Shown here one piece after another: positions 14,060 through 26,605 of a stretch of 61,395 nt of DNA. The notes below the pieces were generated by a model. It saw only the letters and a program-made list of their open reading frames with translations, searched no databases and was not told the origin of the DNA. The stretch's first letter is position 1, and every line of letters starts with the position of its first letter. The stretch lies in NCBI GenBank assembly GCA_003427395.1, contig BFEA01000033.1:1765781-1827175 (forward strand). The letters run 5' to 3'. The DNA is from Chara braunii (taxonomy: Eukaryota; Plantae; Charophyceae). The position numbers and the translations under genes are program-made.

Positions 14060-15060
14060 TACAAAAGGATGACGGTCCTGCTACGGTAGTTGGAGGCTCG
14101 ACAAGGCTCAACATACCAGTAGCGGGAGGCTGAAACTTTATAGCTAGGAAAGGTACTGATGGTTTAATTTGGACTACCTCTGCATGAGGCCACCATCCAA
14201 ACTCAAACTCACTATCTCTAGCCTCCTTTACATGGGACGTCAAAAATCAATTTAAACAGCATCAAAGATCTCCTTGAATACACCACAATAATGTAGTGAT
14301 TATTTGCCTAGATGCAAGAGAACCAATATAGCTGACGTTTTCTCCTCTTCCCTGATTTTGACTTTTACCTCGAGTCTGCCCAAATGACATGTTTCAACCG
14401 CTGTTTGATGTGCCGTTTCATTCTTACGTCTGAGAAAGGTCATTTTTCGAAGCTCGATTTGATTTTGTCCAACCAAATCGTTTCAAAAATCAGGCCCCTA
14501 ACCACGTGGGCTACATAGGCCTATCCCTGATGACCCTTGACATTTGTCAGAAGAGATCCCAACAAAACCCACCTCTCGTCCCATTCCCATCCCTGCCCTT
14601 TTAATTCCCTCCAATGATGGGTCCATCAGTTTCAAACTTGGGGCATTCCCACCAGAAGTGACAGGTGGACTCAAAAGGCCACCTACACCTCGTGCGAGCC
14701 ATGTTAGCTTTCATCCCTCTGCTGGTTAGTCAAACAGCCCATGGGGAGACCATAAACGACAACAACCATAGGAGACTGACCTACTTACCATTGGGAAGCG
14801 AAGCCAGGATTCCCAAAAGTCTTTTGAAATTTGCCTATGCTCCTGAGAGGTCTTTTTCCCAAACTGCTTGCCATGAGTGGATCTCTTCCTGCACATGTGT
14901 CGTCAACTTGTGATCGTATATTTGTATCTTGCAGAAACTGAGTAATTTCGCAAACACTGGTTATTCTCTTCTGATGATTTCGCTATCCAGCTCCATGCTG
15001 TAGGATCAATATAGAGTTGACTGAGAGGCAATCTGCCCGTCCAGATATGGATGTGAGTAG
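14060..15060 (-). mobile_element. Decayed 3' end of an L1-clade LINE (ORF2 C-terminal zinc knuckle)
   Basis: The minus strand at ~14700-14630 reads RTRCRWPFESTCHFWWECPKF, a C-x2-C...E..H....C L1 ORF2 zinc knuckle with the first Cys mutated. The T-rich tract at ~13985-14060 fits a poly(A) tail. Boundaries are approximate. Confidence 0.55.
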
Positions 15061-16385
15061 TTTTACTCTGCCTCGACAAAAAAAAAAATTGGAGGTGAAA
15101 GAAAAAATAGAAACACCAATGACCTAAGAAAAAAGAAAAAAAAAACAAAAATTAAGAGACGCTTAAGACCTTACATTCCACACTTCCATAAGGGAAAGGA
15201 AAGCCTGATTTGAAAGGAAATTAGACACCCCAATTACAAAAAAACTCCATAATCAGTTAGCATATCGGCCTTAGGTAGGTAATTTAACCTCTACAAGGCA
15301 AAATTGAATGCAGTGACTCTATGGCTGTCACCGACCCCATTCCCTCGCAATAGTCAAAGCCCCTATCTTGTCGACACCACTGTGTATTGTGCATGCCACG
15401 GGAGAACAGTCTGAAGGGCGTAGGCCACAATGCGAAAGCAGCGATCTCCATTGGGGGCTTTGCGGAAGTGAACTGGAGATTTTCACTGAAAGACATTTTT
15501 ATGTGACATTTTTTTGAATCATGCCCAAAGCTGAATCGCACCAGTACCCCGCCCAGAGAAAAAAAATTGAATCGCCCTCACACCACTGGTAGCCCACCCT
15601 GGGAAGGCCCAGTAGAGCCTCGGTGGAACCTCGACATGCGAAGTGTTGTTGGTGTCGGTGGTCATATATGTCCATAGCTACAATACAAAAAATCACTATC
15701 TACCACAAGCACGATAGGAGAAGAGAAAACAATATATGTAGGGGCAACGACTCCTAGGTCACACCCAATGTTTCTCATAGGCAAATTTAGTAGTTCTCGA
15801 AGCAAGATATAAAATATCGACGCTAAATTTGCATTCGCGCCACTTCAAAATAGCCGCAGTCTCACCCCCCCACTAAACGTGCACGTTTTGAAACTCAAAG
15901 AATGACATTGCCGCCAATTTGTTTTTTCTTGCCTATTTCAAACTAAAAAGGTGAGCTAGGTTGCTAGATAGGCAGTGTGGGTCGTGGGCCTTCCGACTTG
16001 AGGAATTAAAAAAAAAAAAAAAAGGTTTGAGTCTTCTCGCTGTACAGTTTCTCATACCCGTACTAATTTTGGGTCGATGCAGAGCGGACGAGGCGGACTG
16101 TGAGAAGGAATTTGTGTTGTTGATAGGCGGACCAAGGTCAGTGGATAGTGAAGGGAGCATTAGGAGGTCGAGGGGGTGAAGAGCAGTGGGGGTTGGACGT
16201 GTGAGGGTGGTTTACGATTCGTAGTTACACGTGGGCGAAATGTGTAATGCACGTGGGCGCGCTGTACAGCGCAGACCGGCGCCACGAGTGGATGCTGTCG
16301 AAATTTCAAAGAAGGCGATCACTCACTCAAAACAGATGGAAGACTCTATAGATATGTATATATATATATATATATGTATATATAT

Positions 16386-16781
16386 CGTCAAGCAGAGTTG
16401 TCCGGTAAACCGTAGGAAGAGAGGGAGAAGAGGACAACAAATGAGGGGATGTGACAAACTGTTTCGTCAAAGTTTCACCGACTGATCAGAAGGATGAATC
16501 CTCAACAGTCTGCAGAATCCCCTAACTGATTACACTTTAAGTGATAATCCACCTTAACCCCGGCTGTGGTTAAGCATCAACAACTGCAGACAACTGATAC
16601 CCTGAAGTGAACATCAACCACTACCGTTAAGGTACTCGTGATGAAAACCCAAGCAGACTATCAATCACCCACACCAGATAGAGTCGGTGAAACTCCGACG
16701 AAACAGTTTGTCACAACCCCTCGTTTGTTGTCCTCTTCTCTCTCTCTGCCTACGGTTTACCGGGCAGTTATGTTTGTGACG
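16386..16781. mobile_element. MITE with ~100-bp terminal inverted repeats inserted in (TA)n
   Basis: 16386-16483 (cgtcaagcag...ccggtaaaccgtagg...gtgacaaactgtttcgtc...tttcaccgact) is the reverse complement of 16682-16781. Both sides are flanked by TA repeats. Confidence 0.85.
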
Positions 16782-16814
<33 letters not shown>

Positions 16815-16816
16815 AA

Positions 16817-17573
16817 CAGGGTTGCCAGGCCGAACGTACGAAGGCCCCTAAGATAACCCCCGAACGGGGCCCGAACTTGAAGGGGTTCGGATCCCACAAA
16901 AAATTAGTTTGGCACCAAAATATTATTTTTTTGTTTTAAAAATTGAATTTGTTTTTGTGAGTTCTTTGTGATGTAAGGTATTCCCTGCTTAATTTTGAAG
17001 TCATTCTGTTTATCCAACAAAAAATGAAAAATCCTCAAAGGTGGTGGTGTCAAAACTTGCTTGCCCACTCACAAATTTATTTTGTTTCTCTTTTCACTTT
17101 TTGTTTTTCCTTTATTTCGGGGCATAAAATAATATATTATTTTTTTAAAATTTATTCGTAGATTTTCTATTATGTAAGATACACATATATAAATTTTCAT
17201 GACATTTGTCACAACCAAAAGAAAATGAAAAATCGTCAAAGATGACGGTGTCAAAAACGTGCTCGCCCACTCAATAATTTCATTCTCGTTTTATTTTTTC
17301 TAATTTTTATTATTATTATTTATTTTTAGTATTTGATTTTTATTTAAAATTTGGTAAAGAATTTAGATATAACGTTGAGGCAAATGTTGTTTAGTTTATT
17401 CTTTTGCATAACATATATATTTGTCAGATGTTTTGGATTTTGTTTTTGATTTTTTTTTGGGGGGGGGGGTTGATTTGCGTTCGCCCGAACGGCCGAATGT
17501 GTCGAGAGGGGTTGCCGGACGTTCGGGCGTTCATGCTTGGGTGTTCGGCCCGTTCCGAACGCCGGCAAACTTG
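16817..17573. mobile_element. Non-autonomous DNA transposon with short TIRs (CAGGGTTGCC.../...GGCAAACTTG) in (TA)n
   Basis: Imperfect TIRs, subterminal ccgaac/gttcgg motifs, an AT-rich core, TA flanks and a second copy at 1-452. The superfamily (possibly hAT-like) is uncertain. Confidence 0.7.
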
Positions 17574-17590
17574 TATATATATATATATAT

Positions 17591-17621
17591 CCTACGGTTT
17601 ACCGGGCAGTTCTATTTGACG
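17591..17621. mobile_element. Orphan TIR end of the 16386-16781 MITE family
   Basis: cctacggtttaccgggcagtt...tgacg repeats 16749-16781, again between TA tracts. Confidence 0.7.
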
Positions 17622-17627
17622 ATATAT

Positions 17628-17703
<76 letters not shown>

Positions 17704-18354
17704 CCAGCTGCGCGCTGGACTCCAAATAAGAAAGACAAACAATAGAAGACAAACATGCATGAATGTACACACACTCAGGGATAGCAGGCAAACATATTTT
17801 TTTTGTTTTTTGTTTTGTTTGTTCTTGGGCAGTCTGGCCCGGCTGTGTGGGTGAGCCAATGTGGCTGGGACCCATCTGCCCGGGTTACCTGGGTGGGTGA
17901 GAAAACTGGTCGAGTTGTTTTCTGTTCTCTCGGTGGGAGGTGCCCGAATCTGGTCTTACTTCTTTTGTTTGGTAAACTTGGGTTTTGGACGGGTAAGCAG
18001 GTTTGGGGAAAGAAGCGGGGGGGGGTGGGCGGCGTTTTTGGTCTGCAGATGCTGCAGACCACAGACCGTGGTCAGCACACAGAGGGCAGAAGCACCCTTC
18101 CTCCCACCTCCCCCCCCCCCTTCTTCCTGCTGCGCACAGTGTAACATATTTCTTGAATCTCAAAGACTTCCATCGATCATCTCACTTACACTTGATTAAG
18201 GTAAGATGACTGAGATCACATCATCACACTCCATGACATGTTTGCAACCCTTGTGGCACCTAGGGTAGGAAGTCAGTAGATTAAAAAAAAAAGCCGGGTG
18301 CCAAGCGGCATGTGCTAGGGCAACGAAATTGAGGTGAGGAGGAGAGGAGGAAGA

Positions 18355-18385
18355 TTATACACATCTAGATGTGTATAAGAGACAG
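18355..18385. other. Nextera/Tn5 mosaic-end mate-pair junction adapter (assembly artefact)
   Basis: TTATACACATCT followed by AGATGTGTATAAGAGACAG: a partial inverted mosaic end plus the complete 19-bp mosaic end. Confidence 0.95.
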
Positions 18386-18685
18386 CTCTCTCTCTTGGCG
18401 TTGTTGGTGTCATACGGTAACATGCCAGCGGCCCACCTGCTGCGGCATGGCGTGCTTGTGTGCATTTGGAAAGTAGTGCGGCGATGCCTATAGCTTAGTT
18501 TTGTGGGTAACAAAAAAAAAGAGAAGGAAACGTGGCCTTTTTTTTTTTTTTTGTCTTTTGTACCTCGCTCCACTGCTCTCGACATGCACAAAAGGCAAAA
18601 ATCACAGCAGTGCATCTTTCAATGTTTTAAGGGAGTATTCACTCTCATTTTTCACATTTCGAGGGTAGTCGAGCGAGGCCCAATC

Positions 18686-19018
18686 GAGAAGAGAAACCAA
18701 TGAGGAATTCCTTGGTAGCGGGGAGCGAACCGGGAATAGGCCAGTCTGGAAGTCCGGGGGCTTGGCTGCTCCCTGAATCCTAGTTTTGAGAGGCAACCTC
18801 TCCAGCGGGCCGTGTGCAGGTTCCCTGGAAGAGAACGCCCAAAAGGGTGACAACGCCGTCAACAGCCGGATCATGCTACACAACGAGGTGTTGTCGAAGA
18901 GTCAGGTTGTTTGGGAATGCAGCCCCAATCGGGTGGGACGTCTCATCCAACAATGCTAAATACGTGCGAGGGACCGACAACAAAGAAGTACCAGGAGGGA
19001 AGGGTGCAAAGAACTTTG
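18686..19018 (+). pseudogene. Decayed fragment of the 5' region (D1 area) of nuclear LSU (25-28S) rRNA
   Basis: Colinear with conserved LSU motifs: gagcgaaccgggaa, ttccctggaa, agggtgacaacgccgtc, gagtcaggttgtttgggaatgcagccccaatcgggtgg, gctaaatacg, gaccga...aagtacc...gaactttg. It has many substitutions and no flanking rDNA. Confidence 0.85.
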
Positions 19019-20017
19019 TGAGGTTAGAGACTTACCTGTTGGCTGGTGCGTTGCTTATCCTATCGATGGAAAACTATCTCTCTCTCTCTCTCTCTGACAC
19101 ACACACACACACATACACACACACATGTGGCAATGTATATTTCCATGTTCTAGAGGGAGATTCATTCAAGTTTGCTCATCCAATCGATGGAAGTAGCATG
19201 ATGCCAGCCGTGAGGCTAGAGACTTACCTGTTCTCTCTCTCTCTCACGCGCGCGCGCGCATGCACGTGCACACGCGCAAAAATAAATAAATAAATAAAAA
19301 TGGTGGAGGAGATGTGGAGGAGGGAGGGTCCACTCATACTCTGACTATCCTTACGATATACTGACACTAAGACCCTCCATACTCACACTGGGACTTTGAG
19401 CAACTTAGGGCGCTTACACTCTGGTTATCCTTACAACATAGTAACATTGGCACCTTTTGAGACAAACGGTGGGACTTGGGGCGACTTGGGACACCATCAA
19501 ATTTTTTGGAATGTATTGGATTAAAATTTTCTTTTTTTTTCTCTCTCTTTCTCCTGGACAACTTAGAGACCATTGGCGGTGCCAAAGTGCTATTTCAAAG
19601 TACCATAAGCTCAGCCCTGGTGCCTTCAACGACCATCCACTCAGGCCACCACGACGACGGTGATGATCCTCAGTGGTAGACACCGAGGTAGGACTGGGCG
19701 GGTGGGGATGCGTCGGGGAGAGTTCAAGTTGATGAGAGGAACGGTAGGTAGGGGTTCTCATCAGGGGGAAGACCCTAAAAGGGGAAAAATAGCGACCTCG
19801 AAGTGCCTACGACAACTAAGCGTGACAAACTGAAGTTCAAATCCAGATTCCTTCAATTCAAACTGAAGATCCATTCCGATTTTGCTCATCCTATCGATAG
19901 AAGTAGCCTCTGACTATGCTTACAACATATTGACAATGATACCTTTTGGGACAAACATTGGGATTTGGGGCGATTTGGGACACAGTCGACTTTTCTTGAA
20001 ACGTATTTGACTATTCC

Positions 20018-20018
<1 letters not shown>

Positions 20019-20098
<80 letters not shown>
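20019..20098. repeat. ~50-nt poly-C tract followed by (CT)n
   Basis: Direct reading of the sequence. Confidence 0.9.
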
Positions 20099-20103
<5 letters not shown>

Positions 20104-21866
20104 CGTTGTTGGTGCCACAAGGTTCGGGTTATGCCACCACGCTGGGCCTGGTCTAATAGTGGTATTCGCAACCCTAAGGTTGCGGTATAGTGGGCTTCGG
20201 CGTCTGTGTCAAGGTGTTGCATTTTTGGCAGCGGGCGACTAGGACACAAAGTGGGTTCTTAGGGGGCAAAACAATTTGGGAGACCGGTCCTTGGCGAAAT
20301 TGCGGACTACCTTCAGCTAGCTCTAGTAGAATCGGGACTTTTGGAAAAAGGAAGGACCGGTCCTCGGGTGGAAGTGGATACCAAAAGGAAGTGGGGGGCG
20401 TTGGACCGGTCCTCGGGTGGAAGCCGACCTAAAAAAAAAGTGAGGGCATGTGAACTGCAAAAGGGCCCTCATGGACAGGAGTTGAGGCTCGTCTTCTAAA
20501 AACAGGAAGGTCAGGCGCAACGAAACAAGTGTTTTGCAAGAGGCAACTTTGACGATTTTCTGTGCTCAGAGGAACCCCCAGAAAAATCTGAAATTTTGAA
20601 AATTCATAAATGAGGTCATGTTCTTTTCAGAAAAAAAATTAGAACATTTTCAAAAAATCATTTATACTGCAAAATAATCGTCGAACTGATTCGGCACATT
20701 TTTTATTTTTGCCACGCAGCCATATGTGGGTCAACTGAAAAAATACTTAAAACTTTGTGAGTTTTCGTGCTCATAAGAATGCGTGAAAAAACTTGAAAAT
20801 TTGAGTACTCGTAAATTTTGTTGTGATCTTTCCAAGAAAAAAATGCTCAATAAATTTTAAAAAATCATTCCAACTGTGAAAAAGATCGCGGCCTCAATTT
20901 GACCCATATTTTAATTTTTCCATTCAGCCTCCCTTGCTCTCTCTCTCTCTTTCTCTCTTGGTAAGCCCTTCCCTCTTACTCTCTCTTTATCTCTTTCCTT
21001 TTCTTTCTCTCAATCATATCAAGAAATGAAACAAAACTCTCNNNNNNNNNNNNNNNNNNNNNNNNNNNNNNNNNNNNNNNNNNNNNNNNNNNNNNNNNNN
21101 NNNNNNNNNNNNNNNNNNNNNNNNNNNNNNNNNNNNNNNNNNNNNNNNNNNNNNNNNNNNNNNNNNNNNNNNNNNNNNNNNNNNNNNNNNNNNNNNNNNN
21201 NNNNNNNNNNNNNNNNNNNNNNNNNNNNNNNNNNNNNNNNNNNNNNNNNNNNNNNNNNNNNNNNNNNNNNNNNNNNNNNNNNNNNNNNNNNNNNNNNNNN
21301 NNNNNNNNNNNNNNNNNNNNNNNNNNNNNNNNNNNNNNNNNNNNNNNNNNNNNNNNNNNNNNNNNNNNNNNNNNNNNNNNNNNNNNNNNNNNNNNNNNNN
21401 NNNNNNNNNNNNNNNNNNNNNNNNNNNNNNNNNNNNNNNNNNNNNNNNNNNNNNNNNNNNNNNNNNNNNNNNNNNNNNNNNNNNNNNNNNNNNNNNNNNN
21501 NNNNNNNNNNNNNNNNNNNNNNNNNNNNNNNNNNNNNNNNNNNNNNNNNNNNNNNNNNNNNNNNNNNNNNNNNNNNNNNNNNNNNNNNNNNNNNNNNNNN
21601 NNNNNNNNNNNNNNNNNNNNNNNNNNNNNNNNNNNNNNNNNNNNNNNNNNNNNNNNNNNNNNNNNNNNNNNNNNNNNNNNNNNNNNNNNNNNNNNNNNNN
21701 NNNNNNNNNNNNNNNNNNNNNNNNNNNNNNNNNNNNNNNNNNNNNNNNNNNNNNNNNNNNNNNNNNNNNNNNNNNNNNNNNNNNNNNNNNNNNNNNNNNN
21801 NNNNNNNNNNNNNNNNNNNNNNNNNNNNNNNNNNNNNNNNNNNNNNNNNNNNNNNNNNNNNNNNNN

Positions 21867-21867
21867 N

Positions 21868-21902
<35 letters not shown>

Positions 21903-22093
21903 GGTAGTCGCCCCCCTCTCTCTCTCTCCCTCCCTCTCTCTTGTGCGTGCTCTTAGTGTCATTGCTTGGCTACCTTAGGGTTGCGGTCCTCTCTATCTTT
22001 CCAAGAAAAAGCTCAATAGAGTAAAAAAAATCATTCCAACTGTGAAAAAGATTGCGACCGCAATTTGATCTATATTTCAATTTTGCCATTTAG

Positions 22094-22137
<44 letters not shown>

Positions 22138-22202
22138 CTTTTTTTTTTCTCTCTTTCTCTCTGTGGTAGGCCTCCCCCTCTCCCTCTCTCTCTATCTCAT
22201 TT

Positions 22203-22270
<68 letters not shown>

Positions 22271-22479
22271 GTAGTCGCCCCCCTCTCTCTCTCTCCCTCC
22301 CTCTCTCTTGTGCGTGCTCTTAGTGTCATTGCTTGGCTACCTTAGGGTTGCGTTCCTCTCTATCTTTCCAAGAAAAAGCTCAATAGATTAAAAAAAATCA
22401 TTCCAACTGTGAAAAAGATTGCGACCGCAATTTGATCCATATTTCAATTTTGCCATTTAGCCTCTCTCTCTCTCTCTCT

Positions 22480-22510
<31 letters not shown>

Positions 22511-22575
22511 CTTTTTTTTTTTTTTCTCTCTCTCTGTGGTAGGCCTCCCCCTCTCCCTCTCTCTCTATCTCATTT

Positions 22576-22615
<40 letters not shown>

Positions 22616-22760
22616 AGTCGCCCCCCTCCCTCTCTCTCCCTCCCTCTCTCTTGTGCGTGCTCTTAGTGTCATTGCTTGGCTACCTTAGGGTTGCGTTCCT
22701 CTCTCTCTCTCTCTTGTGCGCGCTCTTAGTGTCATTGCTTGGCTAGCTTAGGGTTGCGTT
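21867..22760. repeat. Tandem array, period ~340-370 bp, with embedded (CT)n/poly-T
   Basis: ttgtgcgtgctcttagtgtcattgcttggctaccttagggttgcg occurs at ~21941, 22308, 22651 and 22714. aaaatcattccaactgtgaaaaagat is also shared with ~20860, before the gap. Confidence 0.85.
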
Positions 22761-24999
22761 CCCCACGCCCACACGGTAGACAATAGGCAATATAGGTTAT
22801 ATTTCCGATTTAGACTTCTCCTGTCATGTAGTGGTGGTGACGGTCTCGAGTTACCATCATTGAACTGACTGGCCCCAGGTAATTCAGAACTACTTTTTCA
22901 TTGCATCTTTATTTCAGCAGGGCACGGGTGTTTGCCTCTCACATAGGGAAGGGATGTTAGGTACCACTCATCGTTTCATAGAACCAAGAAGGGTCTGGGT
23001 CCATAGGTGTCTTTCTTTACACACTGATGAAGAGCCCAAGGGGCTTGTCATGCTGCACCCTCACTTCATCACCCCTAAATGCTTTCGGCGCTCTGCTGTG
23101 GTGTCGTATGTATGTGTAGTGTACGTTTTCTGTTTGTGTTTCGCTGTGGCCAGGGAAGTGCCTGTCACCATGCTAGACTGCTGACTGGCTTGCGGCAGCA
23201 AGCCAGCTCAATTGCTGCTCTCCGATTTCTGACAGGAGGAGATCGATCCAGGGAGCAGTGCGAGCCGAGTGTAGGGGTTGTGGCCATATAAAACAGGCCG
23301 ACGAGCGATGTGATGCCCAAAACGGTCGGTTGTTGGGCATGCCTCAGAGAAGGGAAGTTGCTGCGGGCGGGAGGCCTGCGGACTCGACCCCAGCGCCTGC
23401 GCGACACCTGCAATGCGGGCCGCATCACAGTAGCCACAGGGCTGAAAATGCAGCCAGCAGTAACAGTCGCAGCAGGCTGTGGGTGGCCCTGGGACGCGAT
23501 GGGCGGAGTAGCGAGCCCGGAGCCGCATCAGCATGAGGATAGTACCGCTGGGTGGAAAAGGGGAGGCCTCCCTTGACTTCCGCCTGCGGACAGGCGGATG
23601 CGGAGAAGCGGTACGCGCCCAGGGATCACTCGCTGTTTTGTTGTTTCGAAAGAGCCGCTGCTGGTTGCTGGTTGGACGGAGGGCTGATGATGCCACCGAA
23701 CCTCCACCGCACCGGCGGAGGCAGAATGGAGTGCGAGTGAGGAAGGAAAATCTTTTTTCTACTACAATGTGTTACGCAACTGGTGTGCTATATGCGTGGC
23801 ACATCGATACATACTCCGCACGTACGCGGAATGTGTGTGTGTGTGTGCCGCGCTACCCACCAACCCATCCTTCGCCCGTCTCCACTCATTTGTCGTCGGA
23901 AGCTGCAGTTCTTTGCGTCGTTCTACAGCTTTGACTGTCAGCAGAGCGCAGGTACGCTTCGGGCGCTTGCCCTGCCTTGCTTGGCTTTGGCGTGGCTCGG
24001 GCTAGGTTGCCTCGTCGATTGATCGGGCTGGCCTGGCAGGTGCCCATCACTGTCGGCTGGTGACGAGCTGGGGCCCAAATACAGCGGGGTCTCGTGGAGG
24101 GGCTTTGGGAGGGTGCAGGGCAGGGCAGGGCGAGCGCGCGCAGTCGGAAGGAGTTCGGTGGGGGAGCGGGGCGTGCGGGCTGGCGGGCGGATGGACGGAC
24201 GAGCGGCAGGCGGGAGGGTGTGCGATCAGGTGTGCGATCAGGTGTGCGGGTTGTCTGGTACGAGGGGCGGGACGCGCTGCGGTCGTCGAAGACATTCAAG
24301 GGCGCTTTCTTCATCAACTTGAAATTAGCCTGGGGTGAGGTGTTGTTAGGTGGGACTCTTACACGTTCGTGTTGTGCTGTGCCGTCCCGTCCTGTGCTAT
24401 GCTGTGCCCCGTTGTCTTGCCGCACTCTGTCGTTGGTCGTGCTCGATCGAATCGCAAGCGAAGCTTCGTATTCTGCGCTAGTCTTACCTCTTCGCTCGTC
24501 TGTCACTCTCGCGCCCTCCCGTTCTCGCACTGTCTCTCTTGCTGATGCGTGCATGGCGCGTTGCCTCTGACGCATGGGGGCGCTTCGCAATCATCGCCTG
24601 CTTCACTCAGCCCCGTGGTAAGGAACTCGTCGTCGTAGTCGCACGCGATATTCGCCATGGTCCACCATCCTTGTGCTGAACTTTTTGTTGCCCTTTTTGA
24701 TCTTCACTCCGTTTGTTGTTGCCAAGTCGTCGTTCTCTAGTCGCCCCTATATTTGATTGGCCGTCTAGAGGTGGGGGTTCGTCGGAGGCAGGTGTGTCCC
24801 TTGCGGCGGCCGCGATGGTGGTGGTGGTGTAGGGTGTTGGTGTTTGCCAGTTGCACTGCTTCACGGTTGAGTCCTACTAGTAGTCGTCAAGCACTGCAGT
24901 CTCGGTGAGTAATCGGAAGTCTGGTCTGACTATCGTGGTCGCGTGTGTGCTCGGGGGTGTCCGGGTTGCGTGAGGCCGCGCGCGCTGCTGGTGGACAAC

Positions 25000-25085
25000 A
25001 TGGCGGAGCGCGAGCAACGGCTGGATGAAGGGGCATACCAGCCCGAGCAGCCTGTCCTCTGCGCTAACAATTGCGGTTTCTTCGG
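25000..25085 (+). CDS. SAP: A20/AN1 zinc-finger stress-associated protein, coding exon 1
   Basis: ATG at 25000 gives MAEREQRLDEGAYQPEQPVLCANNCGFFG, the first half of an A20 finger. A GTGAGT donor follows at 25086 (phase 2). Confidence 0.9.
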
Positions 25086-26605
25086 GTGAGTGAAAGCGTT
25101 GCATATCCTCCCATCCTTGTTGGCATCTTTCCGGGTCTACAGTGCTGATAGCTTGTGTTCGTCTTATGGTCTCAATAGTTTTCAAGTCGGTTTTACCAGA
25201 TCTCCATGCTTGCTTTTGGACGCGGTTCGTTGGACGATGTTGTTGTGGGTGAAAGGGGTGGGGGCGTTGATCGAGAGTTGTCTGCGCGTTTGGCCGATGT
25301 TATTCTGTAATTTTGAAATGTTTTAAACTTTCAACAACTGTGCGGGACTCGTTTCTCTATGTTTGACGGGGCCGCTCTATGGGAAGGCGATGGTGGTTGG
25401 CGGTGGAGAAGAGACGGGGTAAGTCGTTGGTTAGTCTCCGAGGGCCTATTTGCATCTACGTAGATATATGGATGGATAGATTGTTGTGTTAGTGTGAGTG
25501 GGAAGTGATGGTGATGATATGTACCGGTGAAGAGGTATTATGGCGTGGAGGCGGGAGTATTGTCCGCTGTGAGGTGCGCAGTTGTTGCGCAGATGGAATT
25601 GTGCGTATGGCTGAGGAAAGTCGCGGACGGGTATTTATTGTCATTATGGGCGTTTGTCCGTATCTAAGACCTCCCCAGGAAAGCTGCTGTTCCCTACCGT
25701 CAAATGGAAGAACACATCGGATGGCGAGGCGCGATGGTATCGTTTCCGACCCCGCGGCGTTTGTGGGAAGCGGGCGGTTTAATGATTTTGTCGTGATATA
25801 ACGCGATGGGCGGCGGTTTCTGTTTTCGTGGTCGTGTAACACGATGGTTGTTGTGTTCAGGAGCTCGAGAAAGTTTCAGTGAGGGTGTTTTTTTTTTTGT
25901 TGTTGTAATTTTGATTCTTCGGATATGTAATGCAATCTGAAAGGATTGGTGTATGGAATCCACTTAGGCAATGACGGGAGTGGGTGCGCTGGGATTTGCG
26001 CAATATGCGTACTGGATTACCGAGAGAGTGAAAGTGGCGTCAGTAGGAGAAGATGAGGTAGGCTCTGTTTCGGGTGGGTGAAGAAGACGACAGAAACAGT
26101 CTTACTCACTTTGCGAATCAAACACAGATTTCTTCTCGTACTTTCAACTCTTTTGCTCTCTCGGTATTAGTTCGGTAATTTGCCTCTTTCAATTCAATCC
26201 TAGTCGAGAGCATATCCACCACCCGTTAAGCACCTCATCGTAGCAAGTAGTCGCCGTCAAATTCAAACGCACCCACTCACTCCAGCCAGTACTCAATCGA
26301 AGTGTTTTCCTTTTCGTTCTTGCTCTTCTTTTTCTCCTACCTCCGTTTCGGTTAGGTAGAGGAGGAGGAGAACATTCGAGTATTAACTGCAAACGAGTGG
26401 GTGTGCTGGGATTTGCCGGAGTACTTGGCTACCGAAAGAGCACAAGAGTAGATAAGAGGATAAAAAAGAGGCCGTGTTTGATTCGCACTGTCAGTACCTG
26501 GCTACCGAGAGGGCAACAGAGTACACGTATGGGTAAGAGAAGAAAAGGAGGAAGAGGGCTAAGTGTTTGTGTTTGGTTGCCTGGCTGTACGTGTGTGCAT
26601 GGCAG

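Noticed and set aside
13053-21962. ORFs spanning N-gaps and (GA)n tracts (also 3891-4290 and 56757-57711)
   Set aside because: They are artefacts of gaps and microsatellites.
23886-24590. GC-rich ORFs upstream of the SAP gene
   Set aside because: No recognisable domains. The region is more likely promoter, 5' UTR or UTR intron, whose structure I cannot fix without transcripts.
26397-26605. N-terminal part of the 273-aa ORF as coding sequence
   Set aside because: It lies in the intron. The true first half of the A20 finger is at 25000-25085, with canonical splice sites.
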